Positions 1 through 13,163 of a DNA stretch of 64,000 bases are shown here, piece by piece. Both the position numbers and the translations under genes were made by a program. Numbering within the stretch: the first letter of the stretch is position 1; every line of letters begins with the position of its first letter. A model generated the notes under the pieces. The model saw only the letters and a program-made list of their open reading frames with translations. It made no database searches and had not been told where the DNA came from. Origin of the DNA: Eledone cirrhosa (lineage: Eukaryota); contig OZ024742.1 of assembly GCA_964016885.1 (NCBI GenBank), positions 220,348,001 to 220,412,000 on the forward strand, read 5' to 3'.

Positions 1-128
1 TCCTGCTTCCAGGTCTGCAATTCATTCACCCAGTGCCTTGCAGACAAAAAAGTGCTGCCATAAAATGGGTGGTGCAACCTAACTTTGGTAACTTAATGAC
101 CCCGACCAACGCCGGGCTTTAATGCTAG
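1..128 (+). mobile_element. Helitron 3' end (non-autonomous family also at 15732-16416)
   Basis: Ends cccgaccaacgccggg hairpin + ctttaatg + CTAG followed by T. Positions 1-128 are nearly the exact reverse complement of 15732-15859. Confidence 0.8.
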
Positions 129-536
129 TATACAATAAAAAGATATTGTTTTGAATGAATACATTTTGTAAACAAGGTTGGTCATTTGGCTATTAATATG
201 AAAGAAAAAAAGAGAAAAAAATTAGATGAATTAAAGTGTTGACAAAGATACTTTTCGTTTGAAGGACAATTGGAGTCATTGCGTGGTGTGTGAGTTAGCT
301 TTTATTCTACGTCTGTGTTTTACGTCATTGTCTATAGTTGAGTGCGTGATGTTTATAAGGTAGAGTGGGTGCGGGTGTGTGAGAAGGAAGGTTTTAAGTG
401 GCTACTGGCAGTCAAAACTTTTCTTGAGATCTTAAATTACGCACTCATGCACACACACACACACACACATACCAATACATACACACACACACACATACAC
501 ACCAATACATACATACACACACACACACACACACCA

Positions 537-568
<32 letters not shown>

Positions 569-580
569 CAATACATACAT

Positions 581-611
<31 letters not shown>

Positions 612-706
612 GTGAAAAATTGAACGGGAACAAAACAGAGAGGCAGTACGAACAAAGGTATATTAGTTTCACGCTCTTGAGAGTGGGGTATATATATATA
701 TATATA

Positions 707-826
707 TAATAATTGTTTCTACTTTAGGCACAAGGCCAGTAAATACCCAGTGCATTACTGGTACTTTATTTTATCGACCCCCTAAGGATGAAAGGCAAAG
801 TCAACCTCGGCGGGATTTGAACTCAA
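707..826 (-). mobile_element. tRNA-derived SINE, 5'-truncated
   Basis: Matches the 3' part of the SINE seen full-length at 17475, 32171 and 41785. Confidence 0.85.
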
Positions 827-829
827 AGT

Positions 830-1405
830 ATATATCCCTACACGCAAAAAGCGTCTAGGGACACATGTATTGTCCAACCATATGCCAATGTGGTTCAATG
901 GCAGGTTAATAAATTAACGAGCCAGAACATATATAATCAAGGTTTAGCAAATAAGAAAAGGTTTCAAAATAAATTTTAAAACATTCACTGTACTCACTAT
1001 GGTTACCTTTACCGAATCGGTTTCGAGTCTCAAAAATAAATGTACAGTCCTTGCGGCCTTCCATTGAAAAGATAAACTCTCGTCAGACGGTTCTTTTCAC
1101 TCGGAGAATATAAAATTCTCGAGTTCAAATTACGAACTGGCGCTATTCAAAATTGTTCCCGAGGTGAGAATGAATGACGTGGAAGCAATTCTGTCCAGTG
1201 CCGTGTGTAAAGATAGAAGCAGAGGCAGCGAGGTCAGTCTACTACCATTATAAATAGCAGCAGTCAGAACGACCAAATTTTATCTCGACCAAGAGAAGAA
1301 TAATAATAATAGGGAACAATTTTGAATAGCGCCAGTTCGTAATTTGAACTCGGGAATTTTATATTCTCCGAGTGAAAAGAACCGTCTGACGAGAGTTTAT
1401 CTTTT
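830..1405 (-). mobile_element. Penelope-like element (PLE) 3' remnant with inverted 5' segment
   Basis: Inverted arms at 1067-1160 and 1311-1405, a hammerhead motif at 1011-1091 (-) and a TGAGTAC motif at 990-996 (-). Confidence 0.6.
1011..1091 (-). ncRNA. Hammerhead ribozyme-like motif with extended stem II
   Basis: Minus strand: accg(t) CUGACGA gaguuu..~45 nt..agacuc GAAA ccga UU cggu. Confidence 0.55.
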
Positions 1406-1545
1406 CACGTTTGTGTATTTGTATGTATGTGTATGTATGGATATGTTGATATTTATGAGTGTATGTATGTATGTGTATATGTATGTGTATGGATATATAT
1501 ACACATATATATGTGTGTGTATATGTGTGTGTGTATGTATGTGTG

Positions 1546-1580
<35 letters not shown>

Positions 1581-1880
1581 ATGTATATATTTGTGTGTGT
1601 GTATGTGTGTTTGCATGTGTGTTTTTATTATTTACTTTTCCTTTCCTTCTTCCTTTTCCAGCCTCACTTTCATATAGATTATATTTTTGTTTTTAAAATC
1701 CAACGCCAATAAATACACCAGGATTTTTTCATTCTGATGATTGAAAGCAACATTTTTTTGCTTTTAAGAAACCACTGGTAAATGAAATAATCGCCTTATG
1801 TTGTTTATTACATAACTATTAAGCTCTGTTACCAACATAGAGCACTGTTTTTTTCCTGGACTTTTCCGACGGAATTACTT

Positions 1881-1982
<102 letters not shown>

Positions 1983-2274
1983 ATGTGTCTCTCCTCTTCT
2001 CGTCAATATTCGCAAGTTCTTATGTTCAAATGAATCATTGACTTGATTTTCTCATTTTTTCCTCTCTTTACGTTGCCTCACCATTCATGTTTGTTTACCT
2101 GTCCCTCTTTCTCCACCCAATTCTTTTTATCCCAATAACTTATTTTAGTTATTGTTCGCGCTAGCCTGAGGTATCTGGTCTTTAATGCGAAGAAATACCT
2201 ATGATGGATAGTAGATCACTGATGAATGATAGTCGTATTTCTAATTCTTCATTTTAATTTATATATGTATATAC

Positions 2275-2342
<68 letters not shown>

Positions 2343-2351
<9 letters not shown>

Positions 2352-2687
2352 AAATAGCACGGAAAATATATTTAAGGGTCTGTTTTTTTTTTTTATCCTT
2401 TCTTTGATTCGTCAAAGTGACATTATTGAAAAAATGAGAGGGACAATTCTTTTTTAAAAAAGTTTTATAATGTATATAAATTATATAAAGTATATAAAGT
2501 ATTACCGGTATATTTTTAAAAGAATTGACCCTCTCATTTTTTCAATAATGTCATCTTTTCAATAATGTCACTTTGACGAATCAAAGAAAGGATGAAAAAA
2601 GAAAAACAGACCCTTAAATATATTTTCCGTGTTATTTCCAACTTCACCTTTTCTCTATGTCCACTGTTTTGTATAGAACCTTCCCTT
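2343..2687 (+). mobile_element. Self-inverted PLE-like insert between (GA)n and (TA)n
   Basis: Arm ~2344-2460 is the reverse complement of ~2515-2645 (small internal duplication), followed by a ~40-nt unpaired tail. Confidence 0.55.
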
Positions 2688-2724
2688 TATATATATATAT
2701 ATATTTATTAAAATAACAGATTAA

Positions 2725-2775
2725 AGTTTAAGCAAAGAATCGCTGCTTTCACCCTTAACGGGATCTTCTGAAACT
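2725..2775 (-). ncRNA. Hammerhead ribozyme variant (CAGAAGA core)
   Basis: aguuu CAGAAGA u ccc guuaa ggg u GAAA gca gcgauucuu ugc UU aaacu. Identical to 42674-42724 (+). Confidence 0.7.
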
Positions 2776-2859
2776 AACAAAGTCAATCTGTTAACGCGGA
2801 AGTGAATATTTCAAAAAACGTTGCAACCGGAGAATTTTAGTCTTCAAATTTATTATTAT

Positions 2860-2926
<67 letters not shown>

Positions 2927-2964
2927 GAGAGTGAGAGTGAGAATTAATTTCAATAGTGACATGT

Positions 2965-3014
2965 ACAGATACTTCAGTTTCATTGGGTTATTCACCCCAA
3001 CTCATTCAGCCTGT
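2965..3014 (-). ncRNA. Hammerhead ribozyme motif (one extra A in core)
   Basis: acagg CUGAAUGA g uuggg gugaauaa cccaa u GAAA cugaag UA ucugu. All three stems pair. Confidence 0.65.
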
Positions 3015-3057
3015 CATATATATATATAATATAGAAATGGCTTCTACAGGACTAGAA

Positions 3058-3094
3058 CTCTTAACTGTTTCATTCGGGGGAAATCATCAAGAAC
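3058..3094 (-). ncRNA. Minimal hammerhead motif (family also at 12805, 32750, 57957)
   Basis: uuc UUGAUGA u uuc cccc gaa u GAAA cag UU aagag, followed by the family sequence ttctagtcctgtagaag. Confidence 0.5.
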
Positions 3095-3394
3095 GGGGCT
3101 TCTGCGAAAGATTTTGACCGGTCCGCGAGAACTGATACTCAATGAGTTGTTTATCTAAAATTTTAAATTATTGTAATATGAGAGACGTGACTTTTGAATA
3201 CAATAAAAGGCCACAAATCTTCCACAAATCTTCTGATTCACTCTACCTAATGTCCAACCGGATGTGAACACTTTGACAGCAAAAACACAATTAAAAATCA
3301 TGCTATCTATTTTTAAGATTTAGATATTTAACTGACTACCGTTTTAACACCACCGATATGTCTTTGCCATTCATATCTCAGAGATATTGATAGT

Positions 3395-3590
3395 TAATAA
3401 TTGTTTCTACTTTTGGCACAAGACCAGCAATTACCCAGTGCATTACTGGTAATTTATTTTATCGACCCCGTAAGGAAGAAAGGCAGGCAATGTTAACCTC
3501 GGCGGGATTTGAACTAAGATTGGCAAGGGCCGTAACTCTATGCGTCAAAGCATGGTGTTATGCCTAAATTTGCGATAATTTACCTACGAC
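3395..3590 (-). mobile_element. tRNA-derived SINE
   Basis: Same SINE consensus, moderately diverged. Confidence 0.8.
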
Positions 3591-3869
3591 GGAAAAACTC
3601 ATTATAGTTTAATATAAAGAATGGTGTGCTCACGAGCGGGAATGCTATAAAATAGCTTATAAACTCTTAAAAGCCGTTGGAAGAAGTTATCGTCGGCCAC
3701 TATGAGGAATGGAACCCACTAGCGTAGCTAGAGGGGGCGAGAGGAGCGGTCCGCCCTGGGTGACACTTTGGGGTCTGCTATAGGCTATAAGCGTTCTTTT
3801 AATGCGGCAGCATAATATTATAGTTATATACAGACAGGTTTATATATATATATGTATATATATATATAT

Positions 3870-4191
3870 AGTGTACTACCGACATTCGTGGTTCCATTTA
3901 TTCGCGGAATTTTCCTTAGAGCCCAACTAATAATTGTTCGTAGAAACCACTACATATTCGCGGAATCGTAAATATCTTCCGCGATTTTTATGGCTTTCTT
4001 CGTGGCAAAATATATTCTTTTACGCTTTTTAACGCTAAATTATGAATAACAATATACCGTATTTGCTGGCCTGTATTTTACGTTATGTTTTGACGTTAAT
4101 AGGCTTTTTTATGGACCACGTCCAATATTCGCGGTTTTTCAATCTTCGCAGGTGTTCTAGGAATGTAACCCCCGTGAATACCCGGGGACAA

Positions 4192-4194
<3 letters not shown>
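3870..4194. mobile_element. Tc1/pogo (Tigger-like) MITE
   Basis: Degenerate CAGT- TIRs flanked by TA. Reverse complement of the copy at 25996-26323. Confidence 0.7.
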
Positions 4195-4254
<60 letters not shown>

Positions 4255-4370
4255 TGCATATATAGTATATTTAGCAATATACCGTATGTTTAATTGAAAA
4301 TTTATGTTTATGTTGCCAAATATACTATACATACATTCATATATACATCGCTATTTCAGAACACCAATCC

Positions 4371-4470
<100 letters not shown>

Positions 4471-4571
4471 ACACTGGAAGGTAATATCCGTAGTGGTAGA
4501 GCACTCAGTCCATGGGACGAGTTTGGTAGAAGTAGTAAACACAACAGTTAGTTTACCATACCGAGAACACT

Positions 4572-4607
<36 letters not shown>

Positions 4608-4611
4608 TATC

Positions 4612-5019
4612 CGGGAGAGATGACCCCTTAGCCTTTGTCAAGGCAGAATTCTAGGAGAAGGAAAACTCTGATATAACACCTGCAACCCTGATGGTATCCA
4701 ATGATGTTGACTTGTTCTTCTTTTTGGTAAATATCATCTTGGTTAAGAGAGTGGGACTGGCTTTGTGCAGTGCCTTTGCTCACTATAAAAGCTTCACGGC
4801 ACAGGTATTGCTTTATATCTGGAGATCTCTCTGCACTTGTCCTCACATGGTACCATGGGCCCAGCACTATGTGTCAATAATTGTCACAGGTGTAGTGTTT
4901 GTACCAGAGTTTTCAAGTCGCTGGCTGGACTAAAAAGTCACACTCGTTCAGCGCATCGGTAGGAGTTCTCCTACATGGATATAAAGTAGTGGCCGTACTC
5001 GAAAACGAGTTGGCAGCCA

Positions 5020-5021
<2 letters not shown>
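4612..5021 (+). mobile_element. Interspersed repeat, possibly RTE-derived non-autonomous element
   Basis: 4817-5021 recurs inverted at 63155-63362. The start (tagcctt..ggagaaggaaaactctg) resembles RTE 5'UTRs from memory. Confidence 0.45.
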
Positions 5022-5067
<46 letters not shown>

Positions 5068-5519
5068 CTTTAAGAGTTATATATATATATTAAGAGCAAT
5101 ATGTATTTTTTTCTGGGAGCCCGGGTGCAGCAAACGGAAGGGTTGCCTCGGGTGGCACACACCATAGCTACGTCACTGATCGAACCCCATATTTCCCAGG
5201 GAGATCGATTCCTCATAGCGGCTAATTGCAACTTCTTTTTTCGTTACCCTATTTTATAAGCAATCATATTTTATAGCATATCACATCATACTTTATATTA
5301 ACTTTATTTTCTGAGGGTGTTTAGCAAGAGTCCCAGAAATCGGCTACGTACAGACGATTTTGTTCATTATAATTTGTTTAATTAAACACATACAACGAGA
5401 GGGGGGGGGGTATATGTAATTAGGTGATCAACGAATAACTTAGAGAGGGGAAAGAGTGTGTGTGTGTGTGTGTGTGTGGAGAGAACGGTCATCGACGTCA
5501 ATAAAGCATCTTATGTTCT

Positions 5520-5585
5520 TCATCATCACCATCATCACCAACATATCAACACTACAACTACTACTGACACTACTGCTACAACCAT

Positions 5586-5630
<45 letters not shown>

Positions 5631-5637
5631 CACAACA

Positions 5638-5674
<37 letters not shown>

Positions 5675-5700
5675 TTCCCACCACCACCACCACCACCACT
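5520..5700. repeat. (CAT)/(ACT)n/(CAC)n trinucleotide microsatellite
   Basis: Directly visible; explains the poly-T, poly-L and poly-S ORFs. Confidence 0.95.
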
Positions 5701-5868
5701 TGCCTGGGCCCATTTACCAACTTTTCTGGAAGGGGGCGCGCTATATTTCACATCTGTCCAGGCAGGGCCAGACTTTCACTTGTTGAGGCCCTAAACTATA
5801 TAAAATTTGAGATCTTTCTCTTAAAAACTTAATTATTATTTTTTATATAAATGTTCATGATAAAAAAT

Positions 5869-5927
<59 letters not shown>

Positions 5928-5959
5928 GCATGAAGCTAAATCCTAATTCTATTATAAGT

Positions 5960-6160
5960 TGAGCCAAGATGTGAAATGTAGGCCATCAATGATGGTAAAA
6001 GCCCAGGCTAGATACGAACTGTAAGCACTGAAAGCTGGTCAAAGACCAGGTCAGATGTGAAATGTAGGTCCCCAAAGCCGGTAATAGGCTAAGGCAAAAT
6101 GTAAAATGTACGCCTGAACGCTGATTAAAGACCTAAGCCAGATGTGAAATGTTTGTCCTT
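5960..6160. repeat. Degenerate ~44-bp tandem repeat, about 5 units
   Basis: Recurring agatgtgaaatgtagg…aaagctggtcaaagaccagg unit. Confidence 0.65.
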
Positions 6161-6889
6161 AATTTAAATTACTCGTAAATATATTTAAGTAATCAGTGCT
6201 AAATACATATGGTCTATGTATGAGTTATGGTTATGCACATATACATTATGTACTTACAAGTAACAGAACAGACTGATAGATCTTGTCTCACCACTATATC
6301 GCTCATTTAAGTACGTGTAATGGCGGAGAACTAATTTGCTCTTTGATATACTTTCTTTAATTCTTCACACAATCCCCCCACACACATACAATAAAGCACA
6401 TATAGATAGATAGAGGGAGAAAGACAGAGAATGTGTGTGCGTGTGTGCATATGACACATTTCCCTGGAGAAAACTATATTTTCTATTAGCCCGTTGTCAT
6501 AGTTACGGTGTTTTGTTATGAGAGAATGTGGTTCTCTCTTCACTATAACAAGTTAAGGAGTAGTATTGACAAAATCATTAGTGCGTCGAACAAAATGAAA
6601 TGCATCATTTGTTCCGGTTCTTTGCGTTCCCACCGATGTTGAATTTGTTTTTTATTTTTCTGAGGTCGATAAAATAAAATATCATTCAAGGGCGGAATTG
6701 TTAGAGCCTTGGAGAAAATTCGTCTTCTAGTATTTGTTCTGGATCGTCACGTTCTTAGTTTGCCTGCGATAGCACTGCTTCCGAGCTGTATTTGCCCCAG
6801 CCTTTTCCTCTGGACAATGCCGGTGGAGGGGATAGGCGATACTTATTGCATAAGTAAAAGTTTGTCTTCCATGAAAAAAAAAAACCTAC

Positions 6890-7300
6890 ATTGCTGATAC
6901 ATAGAAGAGTACCACCAGAACTGAAAAGCAGCTTGATACTTTCCAACAAAGATGCCTCTGAAAGATCCTGGACATTAGGTGGCAAGACAAGATCACAAAC
7001 GTTGATGTACTTCAAGAAGCCAATATCACACGCCTGAGTTTTGTCATCAAGAGCAGAAGAATGCAGTAGGCAGAGCATGTCCTACGAATGAAGGACAATA
7101 TACCAGCAACAACTGCAATGTCATAGTTGCTAGCTGGTAGGAAAAGACCAAAGGGTAGGCCAAAGAAGACTTGGACAGCCACCCTAAAAGATGATCTTCG
7201 CAGGTGTGGCACAAACTGGTTTCAAGCACCAACCCTTGCCAGAGACTGAGAAAGATGGAAGAGCATAGTGGCCTGTTGTCGTGAAACTGGAGGGACCAGA
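6890..7300 (+). mobile_element. RTE-clade LINE 3' fragment (decayed)
   Basis: Translates to FQQRCL*KILDIRWQDKITNVDVLQEA…EHVLRM…GRKRPKGRPKKTW…LKDDL, typical of the RTE RT C-terminus. Confidence 0.8.
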
Positions 7301-7571
7301 TGACCAGATGATAAAAAAACTTGTCTAGTCCGCGCCCTAGATAGGAAGTTTCCAGGTTCTGGTCTACAGTCACATAAGACGTATAGACACATTAGACAAG
7401 GTATACTACATATGAGCTTCTATTTTCGTCCAGTGAAAGAAAGGGGTATCTATAAGCTTCCACACTTTGGTAAAGATTACTATATATATATAAGCAAAGG
7501 GATATCCAAGAAAAACTTGAACCGTTAAGATCTCCTTCCTGGATATGTCAATATTTATAAAACAAACTTTG

Positions 7572-7632
7572 TATTTTATCTGATGAGAGCGTACCAAAGT
7601 TTTTGTACCCTTGAAATATATATAATAGAATA
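7572..7632 (+). ncRNA. Hammerhead ribozyme (canonical core)
   Basis: uauuuuau CUGAUGA gagcguac..guacccuu GAAA uauaua UA auagaaua: 8-bp stem I, long stem II, palindromic stem III. Same family as 38716-38776. Confidence 0.8.
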
Positions 7633-7668
7633 AATATGGTTTTCGAAATATAGTTTCCATTTATTAAT

Positions 7669-7771
<103 letters not shown>

Positions 7772-8349
7772 ACAATTTAGCTTCAGGCATAATTGTATAC
7801 AGATATGTATTGGAATTTCGTATTTCAGAAGAAATACGGTATGTTTAAAATAAACATTTAGAGAGCCGTAGCTATGCCAAAACACCAGCGACTAACGCCG
7901 TCTGGCGGTGTCCAGCAGAAGCAAGAGGGACAATCATAGATGCGCATTTTGAACTGAACTAGTTCTCATCAACACGATCCCACTGTGTGTGTGTACACCC
8001 CCACTGTTTGGTAATGAGTAATACTTATAGTATCACTTAAAGACCGCGATTGTGAATTTAAAGATTTTAAGCAATGACCATGTCACAAACTGATGACCGT
8101 GAAATGCATCTACCGCTCTTACTCCTATGCCGAGGCAGTTTTGATATGATTGTAACTTAAAATACCCACAGCAAAGTTAAATATATATTTATTGTACAGG
8201 GACATATTGTTTATGGGTGCATATACGTCTTTATTCTGAATCACCCTCTGTAAGTGCTATCGCTAATTAACTATAGTCGTTCAAGGTACACTATATATAA
8301 ATAAACCTTCATCAAATATAGTTTGTTTACGAAATCTATATGTGGTGGT

Positions 8350-8683
8350 ATGGTATGGCCGCGTAACTCATGGAGGAGTCATAGTGGCGCCGTCGTGGCA
8401 TGCAGCGTTTCTAAGGCATTTTTAAAATCTGGCACAACCCATCCCTCTCCAGATCCGAATACAGCATATTATTTCCAGAGAAAGATAGAGAGTGAGAGAA
8501 TGGAAGAGAAAAATATATAAAGGAAGAATAGACCCCTGTACTAGTCCCTTTTTTTCTCGACTTCGAAAGGAGCTAAGGAAAAGTTGACCTCTGTGGGATT
8601 TTAACTCAGAGAGTAGAGAGCCGGAACGAATACCAGAAGACATTTTATCTAACGTTCTAACGACTCTGCTTATTCGCCGCCTA
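8350..8683 (-). mobile_element. Older SINE subfamily with extended 3' region
   Basis: SINE head plus a shared segment (ttttaaaatctggc…ttccagagaaagatag) also at 9880-10160 and 28250-28570. Confidence 0.6.
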
Positions 8684-9599
8684 TACGAAATTAATAAGAT
8701 ACCTTCAATATCTCAACATCTGACCGTAAGTAAGCGAGTGTGTGTAAGATGTTACATGTTTGTTTTGTTTATATAATAATAACTGGCACTCTGTCAGTTA
8801 CGACGACGAGTATTCCAGTTGATTCGTTCAATGGAACGGCCTCCTCATGAAATTAACGTACCTATGGCCCGACATTTAACAGACACGTGTGAAGCGAAAT
8901 CTGTCTCACTCCTTGACCCGTAGGTAACATTTATTGGCGTAAACAAGCCTGTGCGTGAGCGATCTCTCGAGGTCACCCCCGTGGTTCTCAAAGCAGGGGA
9001 CAGAGGAAGCAACAGATATAAATAGCCTGTCTTAGGCCAAGCAAAAAGGCAGTTCAGAGCATTCTCTGATAGAGTAACGATGTAAAACATTTGCCTTCTA
9101 CAGACCCTTTGGGGGTCTACAGACTCTCTCTCTCTCTCTCTCCCTGGTCTAATAGACTCTTACTCTCTCTCTCTTTCACTCAATCTCTATCTCTAGGTCT
9201 CTTCTTAAACAAGCCAGTTAAGTTCATGAAGTTTTCTTGGTAAATACAATTTAATTCTACTTTTACAAACAAACAAATAACGTCCATAATTCCTGTGTAA
9301 TTTTTCGTATAGCTCCGGCGTGAGTTATTTTCAATAAATTAATAATATAGCGGTTTGCTGTCATCGTGGTTAATTTATATATATTAATTTTCTGCGTGAT
9401 CAAGGAACTATCATATCATCATCATCTTATTGAACATTTACTCACTTACCTGCACACATACAACCTCTAGTCACACTGTATCACACAACAGTGACCCCAC
9501 GACACAGCAAGCTACAAATGAGCACACACGCAACAAACGAATTAACACCACAACACAGTCCACTCACCAACACGACAAACAAATAATCGCTATACGTGT

Positions 9600-9800
9600 A
9601 CCGTTACCGTAGTTCTCAGGGAGATTCAGTGTGACACAGAACAGAATGTGACCAGACTAGTCCTTCGAATTGCAGACACAACTCATTTTTGGCAACTGAG
9701 TGGACAGGAAATAAAGTGTCTTGCTCAAGGACTCAACGCGCCACCGAGAATCGAACTCGCGATCGTGAACCAAATACTCTAACCACGGAACCATGCACGT
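9600..9800 (-). mobile_element. Second tRNA-derived SINE family
   Basis: Similar to the reverse complement of 32415-32540, with A/B-box-like motifs. Confidence 0.55.
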
Positions 9801-9879
9801 TCTCTTTTTTTAAATATACCTGCTTACTGTATAGATGTAACGCACATCTTTATAGAGGTAGTGCATCTGTATAATTTAT

Positions 9880-10580
9880 GGGTGGGTAAAGAATCATAGG
9901 GGTGCGGTGCCGCCATGAAACATTGTGTACAGAACATTTAAAATCTGGCGGAGCCCATCCTTCTCCGGAACACAACCAATTTCTTCTAGAGAACGTAAGA
10001 ATTGAGACTCGTACTGGACTGGGACTTTCTTTATCGACTTCGAAGGGATGAAAGGCAAAGTTGACCATGACTGGAATTGAGCTCAGAGTACAGTGAGCTG
10101 GAACAAATACCGAGGCGTTTTTAATTCGACGCCCTCATAACTCTACCAACTCGTTGCCTGTTTGATTTATAACGAACTTGATTAGTTTAAAGATGTAACG
10201 TACCCGTTTATAGTTGCCAATGTGGCTAACACGCTTCTTCGTTTCTCCTTCTTGTTCTCTTCGCCTGGAAAATTACAATGAAAAAAATATACTGTACAGT
10301 AATAATTGTTCCTACTTTTGGCACAAGGTTAGCAATTATCCTAATGCATTACTGGTACTTTATTTTATTGACCCCGTATATTTGCTAACTTTAGACACGG
10401 ATTGCTTTTACGAGTGAAGGAATGAGTTTTGTTACAGCCGATTAATTTGACCCTAGTACATACTTAAATGGCTAAAGGATGAATGACAAAGTTCACCACG
10501 AGAGGATTTGAACACGGACTCTGTGAGGATGGCACTAAATACTATAGAATATTTTGTGTAACACCCTACTAATTCTGCCA
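9880..10580 (-). mobile_element. Cluster of degenerate SINEs
   Basis: Repeated ggatgaaaggcaaagtt…ggatttgaac motifs. Confidence 0.6.
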
Positions 10581-11659
10581 CGAGTAAAACTATAGACCTT
10601 TAGAAGTTAGTAGAAAATAAAGATATAGATATGCATGTTGAGAATGTTGATATTTGTGTTAGTGTATTGTATTGTTAGAAGTCACCAGTGAAGCAATTAA
10701 AAGCAATGTTGTGGTAAATAGCATCATATGACTTTATATATAATGTTTTAAATATAATTTATTTACAAACCGATTACAAACGTTTAGCTGGCATGTCGAA
10801 ATAAATAAATAAATAAATTAAGATGCTGTAAGAGAAGACGCGGTCCGGTGGCCGAAGCGAGAAGCCAGGCCGTGGTAAAGTTCGGTAGCTACATTTTAGA
10901 ATGTTTGTTGAGCAAAAACAAATAGGTGTTACCTTAACGGGGCTAGATGCAAAAATAAAAAAGAGATTTTCGAAAGAAGCGGGAATTCTTCCCTTTGGGC
11001 GGAAGTTGAGATACATTTCGCTACGCTGGTACGGATACGGAAAAGGTATCCATGCGCCACAGGACAGTAGCTTGCTACAGACCATACATTTGTTACTGAT
11101 TATTCAAGTGCAAACAATACGTTTAGTTAGACTGTTATTAATAAAATATCTAATTAAAATATTAATAAATAATAATACAAACAAGGGTTTATGGCGAATT
11201 ATAACCTTATATTTGTTTTATGTACGTTTCAGCAAAATAACAATAAGTAGGGATGATTAAAAACATTATTTTATCCTTTTAGTATGATGGAAATTAAACC
11301 CATATACAAGTCACATTCCACAAGCACGAAAGCAAAGAGGCTTCCCAGTGCTCCCCGTGATATTGTTATCTTTTGCTCTATAGCGGTTCGTTTGTCCATC
11401 CCTTTCGCCTACTTTTTTGTTGTATGTAGTCCTAGATGTATGTATTACCTGCTTATGTGTGGTTTTTCTTTCTTTTTCTCTTTCATTTTTTCTTTTCCCT
11501 TTTTTTTTATTATTTGTAATGTTATTTATATACAAAATAAAGTTATGGCCTTTTAAAAATAAAATAAAATAATAAAATAATAAATAAAAATATCCCTACA
11601 TATGTTAATCATCAACATATTTGGATCCTCGGAAACATCAACATGTATAAAACTACATG

Positions 11660-12557
11660 GATATAGTTGTTTTATCCTCTTCCAGTAGCTCATCTCTTTT
11701 ATTGAGGCAATCCTCTTGGTGTAACTTCGTTGGATTTCTTCAAGTTCTGCAGTTAGTTTGACACCATGGGGCGACCACAACTGAGAGCAATAGCCTATTA
11801 GGCTGAGGACAAAAGTCCTCCAGGGGACCAGCATGGTTTCCTGGTTTCTTATTCTGAAAGTCCTCAGAATGCATCCTGCCAGTCGTCTGCACATTGCGAT
11901 CATGTTGGTGATGTGTGCACGAAACGATGCATTATTGCTCATGTCAATACCCAGGTCCCCTACTGATTTTGACTCTGGGATTTCGATTCCTCCTGGTCCA
12001 TTGTACCGTTGATGTGGTGGTCATATGTTTATGGGTTGATAGCTGAGGGCTTGAAACTTGTTATTGACGTTTCCTTTGAGATGGCTCATTTGGCTGCAAC
12101 CAGGCTTCTGTCTTTTAAGAAGTCATGAAGCCTGTTTTAAGAAGTCATGAAAACCTAGTTTTCCAGCTATGCCAAAGCTATGTAGTTTGTGACATATTAT
12201 TCCATGAGCAACCTTGTAGAAGGCCTTCGCAAAGTCGAGATATATCACATCTACGTTTGAACGGTCTAGCAGCTGTTTGAGTATCCAGTCATAAAGCTGC
12301 AAGAGCTGCGTAAGACAACGTCTACCTGGGCGAAAGCCATGCTGGGTGTCAGTTGGAAGTCCATTTTCTTCTAGAAGAGTGATGTTTTCTGATGATGATT
12401 CGTTCCATGACATTGCTGATATGTGAGGTCAGGGAGTCAGGTCTGTAGGTTTAGCATCTGCTTGGTTTCCTCCTTTATGGATAGGACATATTATGCTTTC
12501 TTTTAGTTTCCCGAGTAGTTTACCACTTGCAAAGGATCTTTGGAAGAGGATCTGCGG
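11660..12557 (-). mobile_element. CR1/L2-group LINE RT fragment (pseudogenised, internally deleted)
   Basis: CPIHKGG..YRP.SLTSHI; QHGFRPGRRCLTQLL; VDVIYLDFAKAF; YCSQLWSPH…LEEIQRSYTKRI. Confidence 0.85.
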
Positions 12558-12569
12558 TGGTTATATATC

Positions 12570-12802
12570 ATTTCCCGCCGAGGTTAACTTTGCCTTTCAT
12601 CCTTACGGGGGTCGATAAAATAAAGTACCAGTAATGTACTGGATAATTGCTGGCCTTGTGCCTAAAATAGAAACAATTATTTAATAGAGTTCAAATCCCG
12701 CCGAGGTTAACTTTGCCTTTCATCTTTACGGGGTCGATAAAATAAAGTACCAGTAATGCACTGGGTAATTGCTGGCCTTGTGCCAAAAGTAGAAACAATT
12801 AT
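12570..12802 (+). mobile_element. Two tandem 5'-truncated SINEs
   Basis: 12570-12682 and 12685-12802 both match the SINE 3' half. Confidence 0.85.
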
Positions 12803-13066
12803 TTAATATAGAAATGACTTCTACAGGACTATGACTGTTTCATCCCATTAGGACTTTCCTCATGATTTCATGCGAATAAAACAGTTTTAGTCCTGTAGAA
12901 GTCATTTCTATATTAAATAATTGTTTCTACTTTAGGCACAAGGCCAGCAATTACCCAGTGCATTACTGGTATTTTATTTCTATATTAAATAATGATACTT
13001 ACAATCCACTAATATATTGAGTACCTTTTTTAACTATGGTTACCTTCCCATATAACTCGGGATCTA
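12803..13066 (+). mobile_element. Self-inverted PLE remnant interrupted by a SINE fragment
   Basis: Inverted arms around a degenerate hammerhead. A SINE piece at ~12922-12976 is flanked by a duplicated tttctatattaaataat. The tail carries TTGAGTAC at 13017-13024. Confidence 0.65.
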
Positions 13067-13107
13067 CACACACGCACACGCACACACACACATATACACA
13101 CACATAT

Positions 13108-13163
<56 letters not shown>

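Noticed and set aside
1730-1755. CTGATGA tt GAAA
   Set aside because: No stems can form.
2570-2600. TTGACGA atc..gat GAAA in the 2343 foldback
   Set aside because: No downstream UH or stem I partner.
5960-6160. ~44-bp periodic repeat as a CRISPR array
   Set aside because: Whole units are homologous, there are no cas genes, and the context is eukaryotic.
7340-7530. KGYPRKT-like RT thumb upstream of the 7572 hammerhead (possible RT-last, Naiad-type PLE)
   Set aside because: Only a few residues match amid stop codons; insufficient without a search.
8090-8115. CTGATGA ccgt GAAA tgca TC hammerhead-like core
   Set aside because: No stem II and no stem I pairing. At most a decayed remnant.
10901-11260. 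119-aa ORF
   Set aside because: No recognisable motif or splice support.
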